A stretch of 64,000 nucleotides of DNA from Oikopleura dioica (GCA_907165135.1 OU015568.1:6014001-6078000), one strand, 5' to 3'. Positions 10,368-22,333 are shown, counted from the stretch's first letter. Notes: generated from the sequence alone by a model not told the origin. Made by a program: numbers and translations.

Positions 10368-11377
10368 ATGTCAAGCAATGTCACAAAAATCGTTGAAGAA
10401 AACAAGAAAAGCAGACACTACAGTCTTTCTCTCAGCGACAAGAGCATCACCCAACTGACGCAGATTTCTTCCGACTTCAGCCAACTGCAGCACCTCTCCG
10501 AGCTCATTCTCGCGCACAACGGCCTCAAACAGCTCGCTGCTTCGATCACAAACTTAAAGAATCTCAAACTGCTCAACTGCTTCAACAATGAGCTCGTCGA
10601 GCTTCCCGGAAACTTGTCGGAGGTGAATTCAAGAGCGCGATTCTTTTCTAGAAGCCCTTGTTTTAGCTGCAAGAGCTGAGTAATCTCAATTTGGGAATGA
10701 ACAAGCTTCAGCGCCTGCCGAACAGCTTCCACAAACTCGCCAAGCTCGAAATACTCGACTTGACGTAAAACAACTTCAACGAAACAGTTTGCGAGCTCCT
10801 TTCTAAGGTAACTCTCAGTCAGTCGCGTTTTTCCTATTTTTGTAGTCGCTGCGCGCGTTGTACGTTTCCGACAACGACTTCCACAATCTTCCTTCAAAAG
10901 TGGCCCAATTTAAGAGACTTCAAATTCTTTGCGCAAGAGATAACGAGATAACGCTCATTCCGCCGGAAATCGCACTAATGGACAATTTGACAGAGCTTCA
11001 TTTACAGGTACTTGATAACTTCGTTTAGAATCGTATTTCATTTGGATCTTGCAGGGCAATTTGCTGAGTCTACTTCCGCCGCAGCTTCCAGTGCTCGTCG
11101 GGAAGAAGCTCAAAATTCTGAGAGTGGAGAGGAACTAGTTCGTCCGACCGATCGAAGAAAACAGGAAAAAGGCCAACAAGCGCTGTAGATTATCTCCGCT
11201 CCGACCGTAAGACAGCTCTTCTTGATAGGCTTCCTTTGAGGCTCAAAGTTTGAGCGCAATTCAGAGTACTGCATCTTCTACAACCGCGAAGGAGGCGACC
11301 AGAACGCGAAGCCCTCTGCCGAGCGGCGCAAAGAGCGGGAGAAGAAGCGGCAAGTCACCCGCCCAGTCCAGGCTTGA
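10368..11377 (+). pseudogene. RSU1: Ras suppressor protein 1 (LRR), left copy
   Basis: LSELILAHNGL...LNCFNNELVELP...LNLGMNKL...LEILDLT*NN...LRALYVSDNDF...ELHLQGN. TAA at 10766-10768 (shared with the right copy) and TAG at 11136-11138 (left only). Confidence 0.88.
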
Positions 11378-11520
11378 TCTGATTCTGTACCTTTTTTGCA
11401 TGTTCTGTCTGGCAGCACTTCCAATATCCACCAGCGCTACTTTCATCGTCATCAAAAACTCCCTTCAGTGCACTGACCTCTCTCTCTTCTACGCTTGATC
11501 ATTCTAACTGGCCAATTTAA

Positions 11521-12195
11521 GGGGGTAGTCCTCGCTTTTGAAAAATCGGAATTTTCAAATTTTCTTTGCAAATTCTGAAAACTCGTTAGAAGAGCTAAAA
11601 ACTTTGTGTTGATCATTTTTTCAAAATATAAGAGGAAAAAACCCAAAATCGCACTTGAAAAATGAGATTTTGATGTAAAATTTCAAAAACTCGAAATTTT
11701 TTGCCAATTTTATCCATAGATATAGCTTTATTTCGATTTTAAATTACCTCTAGATAATAAAGATAATAAATAAAATGTCTATTATTATGCTAATTTAGTA
11801 TAAATCATCCTTAAAAACTTATTTTTTCAAGATTTTGAGACCCAACCTTTGATTGATGGCATTACATTATGACTTTTCGGAATTTTTTAATTTCCCTGAA
11901 TTCAAACCTAGACGAAGGTATGAACTTTCAAAAAATTAATAAGTTTAAATTTTTGAAACATCCTCTTGATTTTAGGCGCGTTTAGAAAAAGGCCAAAATG
12001 GCGATTTTGCCCGGGCTAGGTTCTATTATCGCCCTCTAACTCCTTAAGCGGGCGAATAAAATTTTTTCCGTGAATTCAAACTTTCATCAGGGTTCGACCT
12101 TTCTACTCATATAGTTTTTATCCCTTAACCCCACCGCAAATTTGTGGGAGCGCTGTTCAAAAAGAGCCGAGATCGCAAAAGCAGGGACTACCTCC
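11521..12195. mobile_element. Non-autonomous TTAA-targeting DNA transposon (675 bp, GG...CC termini, Kolobok-like)
   Basis: TTAA at 11517-11520 and 12196-12199. TIRs gggggtagtcctcgcttttg / caaaagcagggactacctcc. Empty single TTAA at 22193-22196 in the paralogous copy. Confidence 0.9.
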
Positions 12196-12319
12196 TTAAG
12201 GAACTCCCGTTGAAACTGGTCCACTTTTGAAAGGTTGCTGGGAAGTTCCTTAATTGGCAAATGGTTCCTTTTCTTCTAATAAATTCGGTTTCTTCAAAAT
12301 ATTTTTTATTCGTATTTTC

Positions 12320-13140
12320 AGAATTGGCGATTGAAATAAGCCATCCCTTTTGTTTTTACGAATATTGAGAATGATTACTAAAGGAGGAATCAAACGAGGA
12401 ATTTACGGGTGTATGGCGCCCAGGTTATGCGGCCGTCCTTGAGTTCCTGAAAGACATGGCCAGCGCGAAGGAAGACAAAGACTCGGCCTTCCGGTCGGTA
12501 ATGTCGATGGACAAGTCAGCGTTTAGCCGAAACGATCGGAACTATGAGAACCTCTCGCAAAACAGTGTAACAGTTACTTCTATCTCGTCGAGTAGATCGC
12601 GGCCGATCGACGCCGAGAGAATTAACGCAGGCTTCGTTGTCAACTTCAAAAAGAAATACTCTATCTAGGTCACTATTTTCTGCACAAAGAATTATCCAAA
12701 CTTGTTTTCAGTACAACTGCGAAAGCAACGGGCTCTGGCGGCTACTTGAACGTCTCTCAAGCGGGTCTCATTCGAGAAACTCTTTTCGCTATGGAAAACA
12801 TCCCCGGCCTCTTCATTTGCTACGACGACAACGTCAATTCACTTTACAGATACCGACTCAAGGAGAAATGACAGAGTAGACAGTCGCGATCGATCAGATG
12901 TGGAGTCGCTGGGCGCGTTGGGCTTTCACGTTCGCGAAATCAGCGCCTTTATCGCGCAGCACGAGAAGCAGGAAGGATGATTGGAAGCGCTGGTCAGCAG
13001 AATTCGAGCTGGGACTTTTCCAAGTTTATGCGGCGGAGTATGATGGCAAAAAGACCAAAAAAGAGGACTTGCGAAATTGATGCTTCCGAAGCACGAGAAT
13101 AGACAACTTTAACCGCTGCTGTTTAAGATTTCCAGTATGA
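12320..13140 (+). pseudogene. TUBGCP3: Gamma-tubulin complex component 3 (GCP3)-like N-terminal fragment, left copy with internal deletion
   Basis: Same sequence as the right copy (see 20945-22060), lacking a 298-bp segment; ends shortly before the satellite. Confidence 0.6.
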
Positions 13141-13294
13141 CTAAATTATAAACACCATAACAGTGTTTTCGGCTTGGTCTACGGGAGTTTTTCTGAAAAC
13201 GGGTGTGGGTGGGGATGGGGACAGGCAAAGTCCTCATGTCTTATTATTTGGCGGGAGACTCTGTCTGTCTGCGATCAGGCAGGCTCCCTTTAAT

Positions 13295-15612
13295 GTTATG
13301 CTTGTAGGGTTATGCTTGTAGAGGGCTCAAGTTAGTCTTAGAGCGTGGGCGCGACTAGGGTTATGCTTGTAGAGGGCTCAAGTTAGTCTTAGAGCGTGGG
13401 CGCGACTAGGGTTATGCTTGTAGAGGGCTCAAGTTAGTCTTAGAGCGTGGGCGCGACTAGGGTTATGCTTGTAGAGGGCTCAAGTTAGTCTTAGAGCGTG
13501 GGCGCGACTAGGGTTATGCTTGTAGAGGGCTCAAGTTAGTCTTAGAGCGTGGGCGCGACTAGGGTTATGCTTGTAGAGGGCTCAAGTTAGTCTTAGAGCG
13601 TGGGCGCGACTAGGGTTATGCTTGTAGAGGGCTCAAGTTAGTCTTAGAGCGTGGGCGCGACTAGGGTTATGCTTGTAGAGGGCTCAAGTTAGTCTTAGAG
13701 CGTGGGCGCGACTAGGGTTATGCTTGTAGAGGGCTCAAGTTAGTCTTAGAGCGTGGGCGCGACTAGGGTTATGCTTGTAGAGGGCTCAAGTTAGTCTTAG
13801 AGCGTGGGCGCGACTAGGGTTATGCTTGTAGAGGGCTCAAGTTAGTCTTAGAGCGTGGGCGCGACTAGGGTTATGCTTGTAGAGGGCTCAAGTTAGTCTT
13901 AGAGCGTGGGCGCGACTAGGGTTATGCTTGTAGAGGGCTCAAGTTAGTCTTAGAGCGTGGGCGCGACTAGGGTTATGCTTGTAGAGGGCTCAAGTTAGTC
14001 TTAGAGCGTGGGCGCGACTAGGGTTATGCTTGTAGAGGGCTCAAGTTAGTCTTAGAGCGTGGGCGCGACTAGGGTTATGCTTGTAGAGGGCTCAAGTTAG
14101 TCTTAGAGCGTGGGCGCGACTAGGGTTATGCTTGTAGAGGGCTCAAGTTAGTCTTAGAGCGTGGGCGCGACTAGGGTTATGCTTGTAGAGGGCTCAAGTT
14201 AGTCTTAGAGCGTGGGCGCGACTAGGGTTATGCTTGTAGAGGGCTCAAGTTAGTCTTAGAGCGTGGGCGCGACTAGGGTTATGCTTGTAGAGGGCTCAAG
14301 TTAGCGCGACTAGGGTTAGCTTGTAGAGGGCTCAAGTTAGTCTTAGAGCGTGGGCGCGACTAGGGTTAGAGGGCTCAAGTTAGTCTTAGAGCGTGGGCGC
14401 GACTAGGGTTATGCTTGTAGAGGGCTCAAGTTAGTCTTAGAGCGTGGGCGCGACTAGGGTTATGCTTGTAGAGGGCTCAAGTTAGTCTTAGAGCGTGGGC
14501 GCGACTAGGGTTATGCTTGTAGAGGGCTCAAGTTAGTCTTAGAGCGTGGGCGCGACTAGGGTTATGCTTGTAGAGGGCTCAAGTTAGTCTTAGAGCGTGG
14601 GCGCGACTAGGGTTATGCTTGTAGAGGGCTCAAGTTAGTCTTAGAGCGTGGGCGCGACTAGGGTTATGCTTAGGGTTAGTTAGGGTTCAAGTTAGTCTTA
14701 GTTAGGGTTAGGGTTAGGACTAGGGTTAGGGTTAGGGTTAGTTAGGGTTCAAGTTAGTCTTAGAGCGTGGGCGCGACTAGGGTTATGCTTGTAGAGGGCT
14801 CAAGTTAGTCTTAGAGCGTGGGCGCGACTAGGGTTATGCTTGTAGAGGGCTCAAGTTAGTCTTAGAGCGTGGGCGCGACTAGGGTTATGCTTGTAGAGGG
14901 CTCAAGTTAGTCTTAGAGCGTGGGCGCGACTAGGGTTATGCTTGTAGAGGGCTCAAGTTAGTCTTAGAGCGTGGGCGCGACTAGGGTTATGCTTGTAGAG
15001 GGCTCAAGTTAGTCTTAGAGCGTGGGCGCGACTAGGGTTATGCTTGTAGAGGGCTCAAGTTAGTCTTAGAGCGTGGGCGCGACTAGGGTTATGCTTGTAG
15101 AGGGCTCAAGTTAGTCTTAGAGCGTGGGCGCGACTAGGGTTATGCTTGTAGAGGGCTCAAGTTAGTCTTAGAGCGTGGGCGCGACTAGGGTTATGCTTGT
15201 AGAGGGCTCAAGTTAGTCTTAGAGCGTGGGCGCGACTAGGGTTATGCTTGTAGAGGGCTCAAGTTAGTCTTAGAGCGTGGGCGCGACTAGGGTTATGCTT
15301 GTAGAGGGCTCAAGTTAGTCTTAGAGCGTGGGCGCGACTAGGGTTATGCTTGTAGAGGGCTCAAGTTAGTCTTAGAGCGTGGGCGCGACTAGGGTTATGC
15401 TTGTAGAGGGCTCAAGTTAGTCTTAGAGCGTGGGCGCGACTAGGGTTATGCTTGTAGAGGGCTCAAGTTAGTCTTAGAGCGTGGGCGCGACTAGGGTTAT
15501 GCTTGTAGAGGGCTCAAGTTAGTCTTAGAGCGTGGGCGCGACTAGGGTTATGCTTGTAGAGGGCTCAAGTTAGTCTTAGAGCGTGGGCGCGACTAGGGTT
15601 ATGCTTGTAGAG
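13295..15612 (+). repeat. 51-bp telomere-associated satellite, about 45 units: GAGGGCTCAAGTTAGTCTTAGAGCGTGGGCGCGACTAGGGTTATGCTTGTA
   Basis: Period 51 measured (13321 to 13372). Unit count from length/period. Variant units at about 14300-14375 and 14670-14750. Confidence 0.97.
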
Positions 15613-15624
15613 GGTTAGGGTTAG
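15611..15624 (+). repeat. Start of a (TTAGGG)n telomeric tract at the contig end
   Basis: agggttagggttag directly before the gap. Confidence 0.8.
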
Positions 15625-16124
15625 NNNNNNNNNNNNNNNNNNNNNNNNNNNNNNNNNNNNNNNNNNNNNNNNNNNNNNNNNNNNNNNNNNNNNNNNNNNN
15701 NNNNNNNNNNNNNNNNNNNNNNNNNNNNNNNNNNNNNNNNNNNNNNNNNNNNNNNNNNNNNNNNNNNNNNNNNNNNNNNNNNNNNNNNNNNNNNNNNNNN
15801 NNNNNNNNNNNNNNNNNNNNNNNNNNNNNNNNNNNNNNNNNNNNNNNNNNNNNNNNNNNNNNNNNNNNNNNNNNNNNNNNNNNNNNNNNNNNNNNNNNNN
15901 NNNNNNNNNNNNNNNNNNNNNNNNNNNNNNNNNNNNNNNNNNNNNNNNNNNNNNNNNNNNNNNNNNNNNNNNNNNNNNNNNNNNNNNNNNNNNNNNNNNN
16001 NNNNNNNNNNNNNNNNNNNNNNNNNNNNNNNNNNNNNNNNNNNNNNNNNNNNNNNNNNNNNNNNNNNNNNNNNNNNNNNNNNNNNNNNNNNNNNNNNNNN
16101 NNNNNNNNNNNNNNNNNNNNNNNN
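15625..16124. other. Scaffold gap of exactly 500 N
   Basis: Run of N of round-number length. Confidence 1.
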
Positions 16125-16362
16125 TAACCCTAACTCCTAACCCTAACCCTAACCCTAACCCTAACCCTAACCCTAACCCTAACCCTAACCCTAACCCTAA
16201 CCCTAACCCTAACCCTAACAACCTAACCCTAACCTAACCTAACCTAACCCCCTAACCTAACCCTAACCTAACCTAACCCTAACCCTAACCTAACCCTAAC
16301 CCTAACCTAACCCTAACCTAACCCTAACCTAACCCTAACCCTAACCCTAACCCTAACCCTAA
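16125..16362 (-). repeat. Telomeric tract (TTAGGG)n on the minus strand, with TTAGG variants
   Basis: (CCCTAA)n; CCTAA units interspersed at about 16220-16335. Confidence 0.97.
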
Positions 16363-19300
16363 GATTAACTTGGGCCCTCTGATAGCATAACCCTAATCAC
16401 GCGCCCACGCTCTAAGATTAACTTGGGCCCTCTGATAGCATAACCCTAATCACGCGCCCACGCTCTAAGATTAACTTGGGCCCTCTGATAGCATAACCCT
16501 AATCACGCGCCCACGCTCTAAGATTAACTTGGGCCCTCTGATAGCATAACCCTAATCACGCGCCCACGCTCTAAGATTAACTTGGGCCCTCTGATAGCAT
16601 AACCCTAATCACGCGCCCACGCTCTAAGATTAACTTGGGCCCTCTGATAGCATAACCCTAATCACGCGCCCACGCTCTAAGATTAACTTGGGCCCTCTGA
16701 TAGCATAACCCTAATCACGCGCCCACGCTCTAAGATTAACTTGGGCCCTCTGATAGCATAACCCTAATCACGCGCCCACGCTCTAAGATTAACTTGGGCC
16801 CTCTGATAGCATAACCCTAATCACGCGCCCACGCTCTAAGATTAACTTGGGCCCTCTGATAGCATAACCCTAATCACGCGCCCACGCTCTAAGATTAACT
16901 TGGGCCCTCTGATAGCATAACCCTAATCACGCGCCCACGCTCTAAGATTAACTTGGGCCCTCTGATAGCATAACCCTAATCACGCGCCCACGCTCTAAGA
17001 TTAACTTGGGCCCTCTGATAGCATAACCCTAATCACGCGCCCACGCTCTAAGATTAACTTGGGCCCTCTGATAGCATAACCCTAATCACGCGCCCACGCT
17101 CTAAGATTAACTTGGGCCCTCTGATAGCATAACCCTAATCACGCGCCCACGCTCTAAGATTAACTTGGGCCCTCTGATAGCATAACCCTAATCACGCGCC
17201 CACGCTCTAAGATTAACTTGGGCCCTCTGATAGCATAACCCTAATCACGCGCCCACGCTCTAAGATTAACTTGGGCCCTCTGATAGCATAACCCTAATCA
17301 CGCGCCCACGCTCTAAGATTAACTTGGGCCCTCTGATAGCATAACCCTAATCACGCGCCCACGCTCTAAGATTAACTTGGGCCCTCTGATAGCATAACCC
17401 TAATCACGCGCCCACGCTCTAAGATTAACTTGGGCCCTCTGATAGCATAACCCTAATCACGCGCCCACGCTCTAAGATTAACTTGGGCCCTCTGATAGCA
17501 TAACCCTAATCACGCGCCCACGCTCTAAGATTAACTTGGGCCCTCTGATAGCATAACCCTAATCACGCGCCCACGCTCTAAGATTAACTTGGGCCCTCTG
17601 ATAGCATAACCCTAATCACGCGCCCACGCTCTAAGATTAACTTGGGCCCTCTGATAGCATAACCCTAATCACGCGCCCACGCTCTAAGATTAACTTGGGC
17701 CCTCTGATAGCATAACCCTAATCACGCGCCCACGCTCTAAGATTAACTTGGGCCCTCTGATAGCATAACCCTAATCACGCGCCCACGCTCTAAGATTAAC
17801 TTGGGCCCTCTGATAGCATAACCCTAATCACGCGCCCACGCTCTAAGATTAACTTGGGCCCTCTGATAGCATAACCCTAATCACGCGCCCACGCTCTAAG
17901 ATTAACTTGGGCCCTCTGATAGCATAACCCTAATCACGCGCCCACGCTCTAAGATTAACTTGGGCCCTCTGATAGCATAACCCTAATCACGCGCCCACGC
18001 TCTAAGATTAACTTGGGCCCTCTGATAGCATAACCCTAATCACGCGCCCACGCTCTAAGATTAACTTGGGCCCTCTGATAGCATAACCCTAATCACGCGC
18101 CCACGCTCTAAGATTAACTTGGGCCCTCTGATAGCATAACCCTAATCACGCGCCCACGCTCTAAGATTAACTTGGGCCCTCTGATAGCATAACCCTAATC
18201 ACGCGCCCACGCTCTAAGATTAACTTGGGCCCTCTGATAGCATAACCCTAATCACGCGCCCACGCTCTAAGATTAACTTGGGCCCTCTGATAGCATAACC
18301 CTAATCACGCGCCCACGCTCTAAGATTAACTTGGGCCCTCTGATAGCATAACCCTAATCACGCGCCCACGCTCTAAGATTAACTTGGGCCCTCTGATAGC
18401 ATAACCCTAATCACGCGCCCACGCTCTAAGATTAACTTGGGCCCTCTGATAGCATAACCCTAATCACGCGCCCACGCTCTAAGATTAACTTGGGCCCTCT
18501 GATAGCATAACCCTAATCACGCGCCCACGCTCTAAGATTAACTTGGGCCCTCTGATAGCATAACCCTAATCACGCGCCCACGCTCTAAGATTAACTTGGG
18601 CCCTCTGATAGCATAACCCTAATCACGCGCCCACGCTCTAAGATTAACTTGGGCCCTCTGATAGCATAACCCTAATCACGCGCCCACGCTCTAAGATTAA
18701 CTTGGGCCCTCTGATAGCATAACCCTAATCACGCGCCCACGCTCTAAGATTAACTTGGGCCCTCTGATAGCATAACCCTAATCACGCGCCCACGCTCTAA
18801 GATTAACTTGGGCCCTCTGATAGCATAACCCTAATCACGCGCCCACGCTCTAAGATTAACTTGGGCCCTCTGATAGCATAACCCTAATCACGCGCCCACG
18901 CTCTAAGATTAACTTGGGCCCTCTGATAGCATAACCCTAATCACGCGCCCACGCTCTAAGATTAACTTGGGCCCTCTGATAGCATAACCCTAATCACGCG
19001 CCCACGCTCTAAGATTAACTTGGGCCCTCTGATAGCATAACCCTAATCACGCGCCCACGCTCTAAGATTAACTTGGGCCCTCTGATAGCATAACCCTAAT
19101 CACGCGCCCACGCTCTAAGATTAACTTGGGCCCTCTGATAGCATAACCCTAATCACGCGCCCACGCTCTAAGATTAACTTGGGCCCTCTGATAGCATAAC
19201 CCTAATCACGCGCCCACGCTCTAAGATTAACTTGGGCCCTCTGATAGCATAACCCTAATCACGCGCCCACGCTCTAAGATTAACTTGGGCCCTCTGATAG

Positions 19301-20790
19301 CATAACCCTAATCACGCGCCCACGCTCTAAGATTAACTTGGGCCCTCTGATAGCATAACCCTAATCACGCGCCCACGCTCTAAGATTAACTTGGGCCCTC
19401 TGATAGCATAACCCTAATCACGCGCCCACGCTCTAAGATTAACTTGGGCCCTCTGATAGCATAACCCTAATCACGCGCCCACGCTCTAAGATTAACTTGG
19501 GCCCTCTGATAGCATAACCCTAATCACGCGCCCACGCTCTAAGATTAACTTGGGCCCTCTGATAGCATAACCCTAATCACGCGCCCACGCTCTAAGATTA
19601 ACTTGGGCCCTCTGATAGCATAACCCTAATCACGCGCCCACGCTCTAAGATTAACTTGGGCCCTCTGATAGCATAACCCTAATCACGCGCCCACGCTCTA
19701 AGATTAACTTGGGCCCTCTGATAGCATAACCCTAATCACGCGCCCACGCTCTAAGATTAACTTGGGCCCTCTGATAGCATAACCCTAATCACGCGCCCAC
19801 GCTCTAAGATTAACTTGGGCCCTCTGATAGCATAACCCTAATCACGCGCCCACGCTCTAAGATTAACTTGGGCCCTCTGATAGCATAACCCTAATCACGC
19901 GCCCACGCTCTAAGATTAACTTGGGCCCTCTGATAGCATAACCCTAATCACGCGCCCACGCTCTAAGATTAACTTGGGCCCTCTGATAGCATAACCCTAA
20001 TCACGCGCCCACGCTCTAAGATTAACTTGGGCCCTCTGATAGCATAACCCTAATCACGCGCCCACGCTCTAAGATTAACTTGGGCCCTCTGATAGCATAA
20101 CCCTAATCACGCGCCCACGCTCTAAGATTAACTTGGGCCCTCTGATAGCATAACCCTAATCACGCGCCCACGCTCTAAGATTAACTTGGGCCCTCTGATA
20201 GCATAACCCTAATCACGCGCCCACGCTCTAAGATTAACTTGGGCCCTCTGATAGCATAACCCTAATCACGCGCCCACGCTCTAAGATTAACTTGGGCCCT
20301 CTGATAGCATAACCCTAATCACGCGCCCACGCTCTAAGATTAACTTGGGCCCTCTGATAGCATAACCCTAATCACGCGCCCACGCTCTAAGATTAACTTG
20401 GGCCCTCTGATAGCATAACCCTAATCACGCGCCCACGCTCTAAGATTAACTTGGGCCCTCTGATAGCATAACCCTAATCACGCGCCCACGCTCTAAGATT
20501 AACTTGGGCCCTCTGATAGCATAACCCTAATCACGCGCCCACGCTCTAAGATTAACTTGGGCCCTCTGATAGCATAACCCTAATCACGCGCCCACGCTCT
20601 AAGATTAACTTGGGCCCTCTGATAGCATAACCCTAATCACGCGCCCACGCTCTAAGATTAACTTGGGCCCTCTGATAGCATAACCCTAATCACGCGCCCA
20701 CGCTCTAAGATTAACTTGGGCCCTCTGATAGCATAACCCTAATCACGCGCCCACGCTCTAAGATTAACTTGGGCCCTCTGATAGCATAAC
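16362..20790 (-). repeat. 53-bp telomere-associated satellite, about 83 units (plus strand GATAGCATAACCCTAATCACGCGCCCACGCTCTAAGATTAACTTGGGCCCTCT)
   Basis: Period 53 measured (16381, 16434, 16487). Homologous to the 51-bp unit with 6 substitutions and a 2-nt indel. Confidence 0.97.
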
Positions 20791-20944
20791 ATTAAAGGGA
20801 GCCTGCCTGATCGCAGACAGACAGAGTCTCCCGCCAAATAATGAGACATCATGACTTTGCCTGTCCCCATCCCCACCCACACCCGTTTTCAGAAAAACTC
20901 CCGTAGACCAAGCCGAAAACACTGTTATGGTGTTTATAATTTAG

Positions 20945-22060
20945 TCATTCTGGAAATCTTAAACAGCAGCGGTTAAAGTTGTCTATTCTCGTGCTTCGGA
21001 AGCATCGATTTCGCAAGTCTTCTTTCTTGGTCTTTTTGCCATCACACTCCGCCGCATCAACTTGGAAAAGTCCCAGCTCGAATAGTTCATCGCAGAGTGG
21101 ACAAGCCATCGCGTCTGAAAAGGCGATAAGTAAAGGTTTTGTCATTTTTCTACTTACCAGGCTATTCCTTCGGACAAGCTGAATTGCTTGAAACATCCTG
21201 AACTTCTTTCTACACAAAATAGGCTCATTAGTAGGCTTTTTTCTCCTTGCTTTTTTCGTTGACAAGAATTACGTCCTCCGAGTCGCTGTCTTAAAGCAGA
21301 TCGAATTCGCTCTTTAGATAAATCAAAGTGAGCTCCGGCAGGATTCTGAAATTGGAGAGGGCGTGGCGATACTCGTCGAATTCTGCTGACCAGCGCGCTT
21401 CCAATCATCCCAAAGCCTTCCTGCTTCTCGTGCTGCGCGATAAAGGCGCTGATTTCGCGAACGTGAAAGCCCAACGCGCCCAGCGACTCCACATCTGATC
21501 GATCGCGACTGTCTACTCTGTCATTTCTCCTTGAGTCGGTATCTGTAAAGTGAATTGACGTTATCGTCGTAGCATATGAAGGTGCCGGGGATGTTTTCCA
21601 TAGCGAAAAGAGTGTCTCGAATGAGATCCGGTTGAGAGACGTTCAAGTAGCCGCCAGAGCCCGTTGCTTTCGCAGGTGTACTGAAAACAAGTTTGGATAA
21701 TTCTTTGTGCAGAGAAAAGCGACCTTGATAGAGTATTTCTTTTGAAGTTGACAACGAAGCCTGCGTTAATTCTCTCGGCGTCGATCGGCCGCGATCTACT
21801 TGACGAGATAGAAGTAACCGTTACACTGTTTTGCGAGAGGTTCTCTTTGTTCCGATCGTTTCGGCTAAACGCTAACTTGTCCATCGACATGACAGACCGG
21901 AAGGCCGAGTCTTCGTCTTCCTTCGCGCTGTCCATGTCTTTCAGGAACTTAAGGACGGCCGCATAACCTGGGCGCCATACACCCGTTAATTCCTCGTTTG
22001 ATTCCTCCTTTAGTAATCATTCTCAATATTCGTAAAAACAAAAGGGATGGCTTATTTCAA
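20945..22060 (-). pseudogene. TUBGCP3: GCP3-like N-terminal fragment, right copy
   Basis: SQPDLIRDTLFAMENIPGTFI and ESLGALGFHVREISAFIAQHEKQEGFGMIGSALV resemble GCP3 (LVRDILYVFQGIDG; LSELGWLHNKI...FGLVGQSF). Contains stops and frameshifts. Confidence 0.65.
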
Positions 22061-22333
22061 TGGCCAATTCTGAAAATACGAATAAAAGAATATTTTGAAG
22101 AAACCGAATTTATTAAAAGAAAAGGAACCATTTGCCAATTAAGGAACTTCCCAGCAACCTTTCAAAAGTGGACCAGTTTCAACGGGAGTTCCTTAAATTG
22201 GCCAGTTAGAATGATCAAGCGTAGAAGAGAGAGGTCAGTGCACTGAAGGGAGTTTTTGATGACGATGAAAGTAGCGCTGGTGGATATTGGAAGTGCTGCC
22301 AGACAGAACATGCAAAAAAGGTACAGAATCAGA

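Larger units (their letters stand above)
9421..13300 (+). repeat. Subtelomeric segmental duplication, left copy (inverted relative to 20790-24341)
   Basis: Reverse-complement match from cttgatagggacaatttg (9422) to ccctttaatgttatgc (about 13300). Differs by substitutions, deletions and a 675-bp insertion. Confidence 0.95.

Noticed and set aside
15565-16221. ORF-track protein MLGLGLG...
   Set aside because: Translation of telomere repeats and Ns.
13295-20790. CRISPR array
   Set aside because: Units are contiguous with no unique spacers, there are no cas genes, and the context is eukaryotic.
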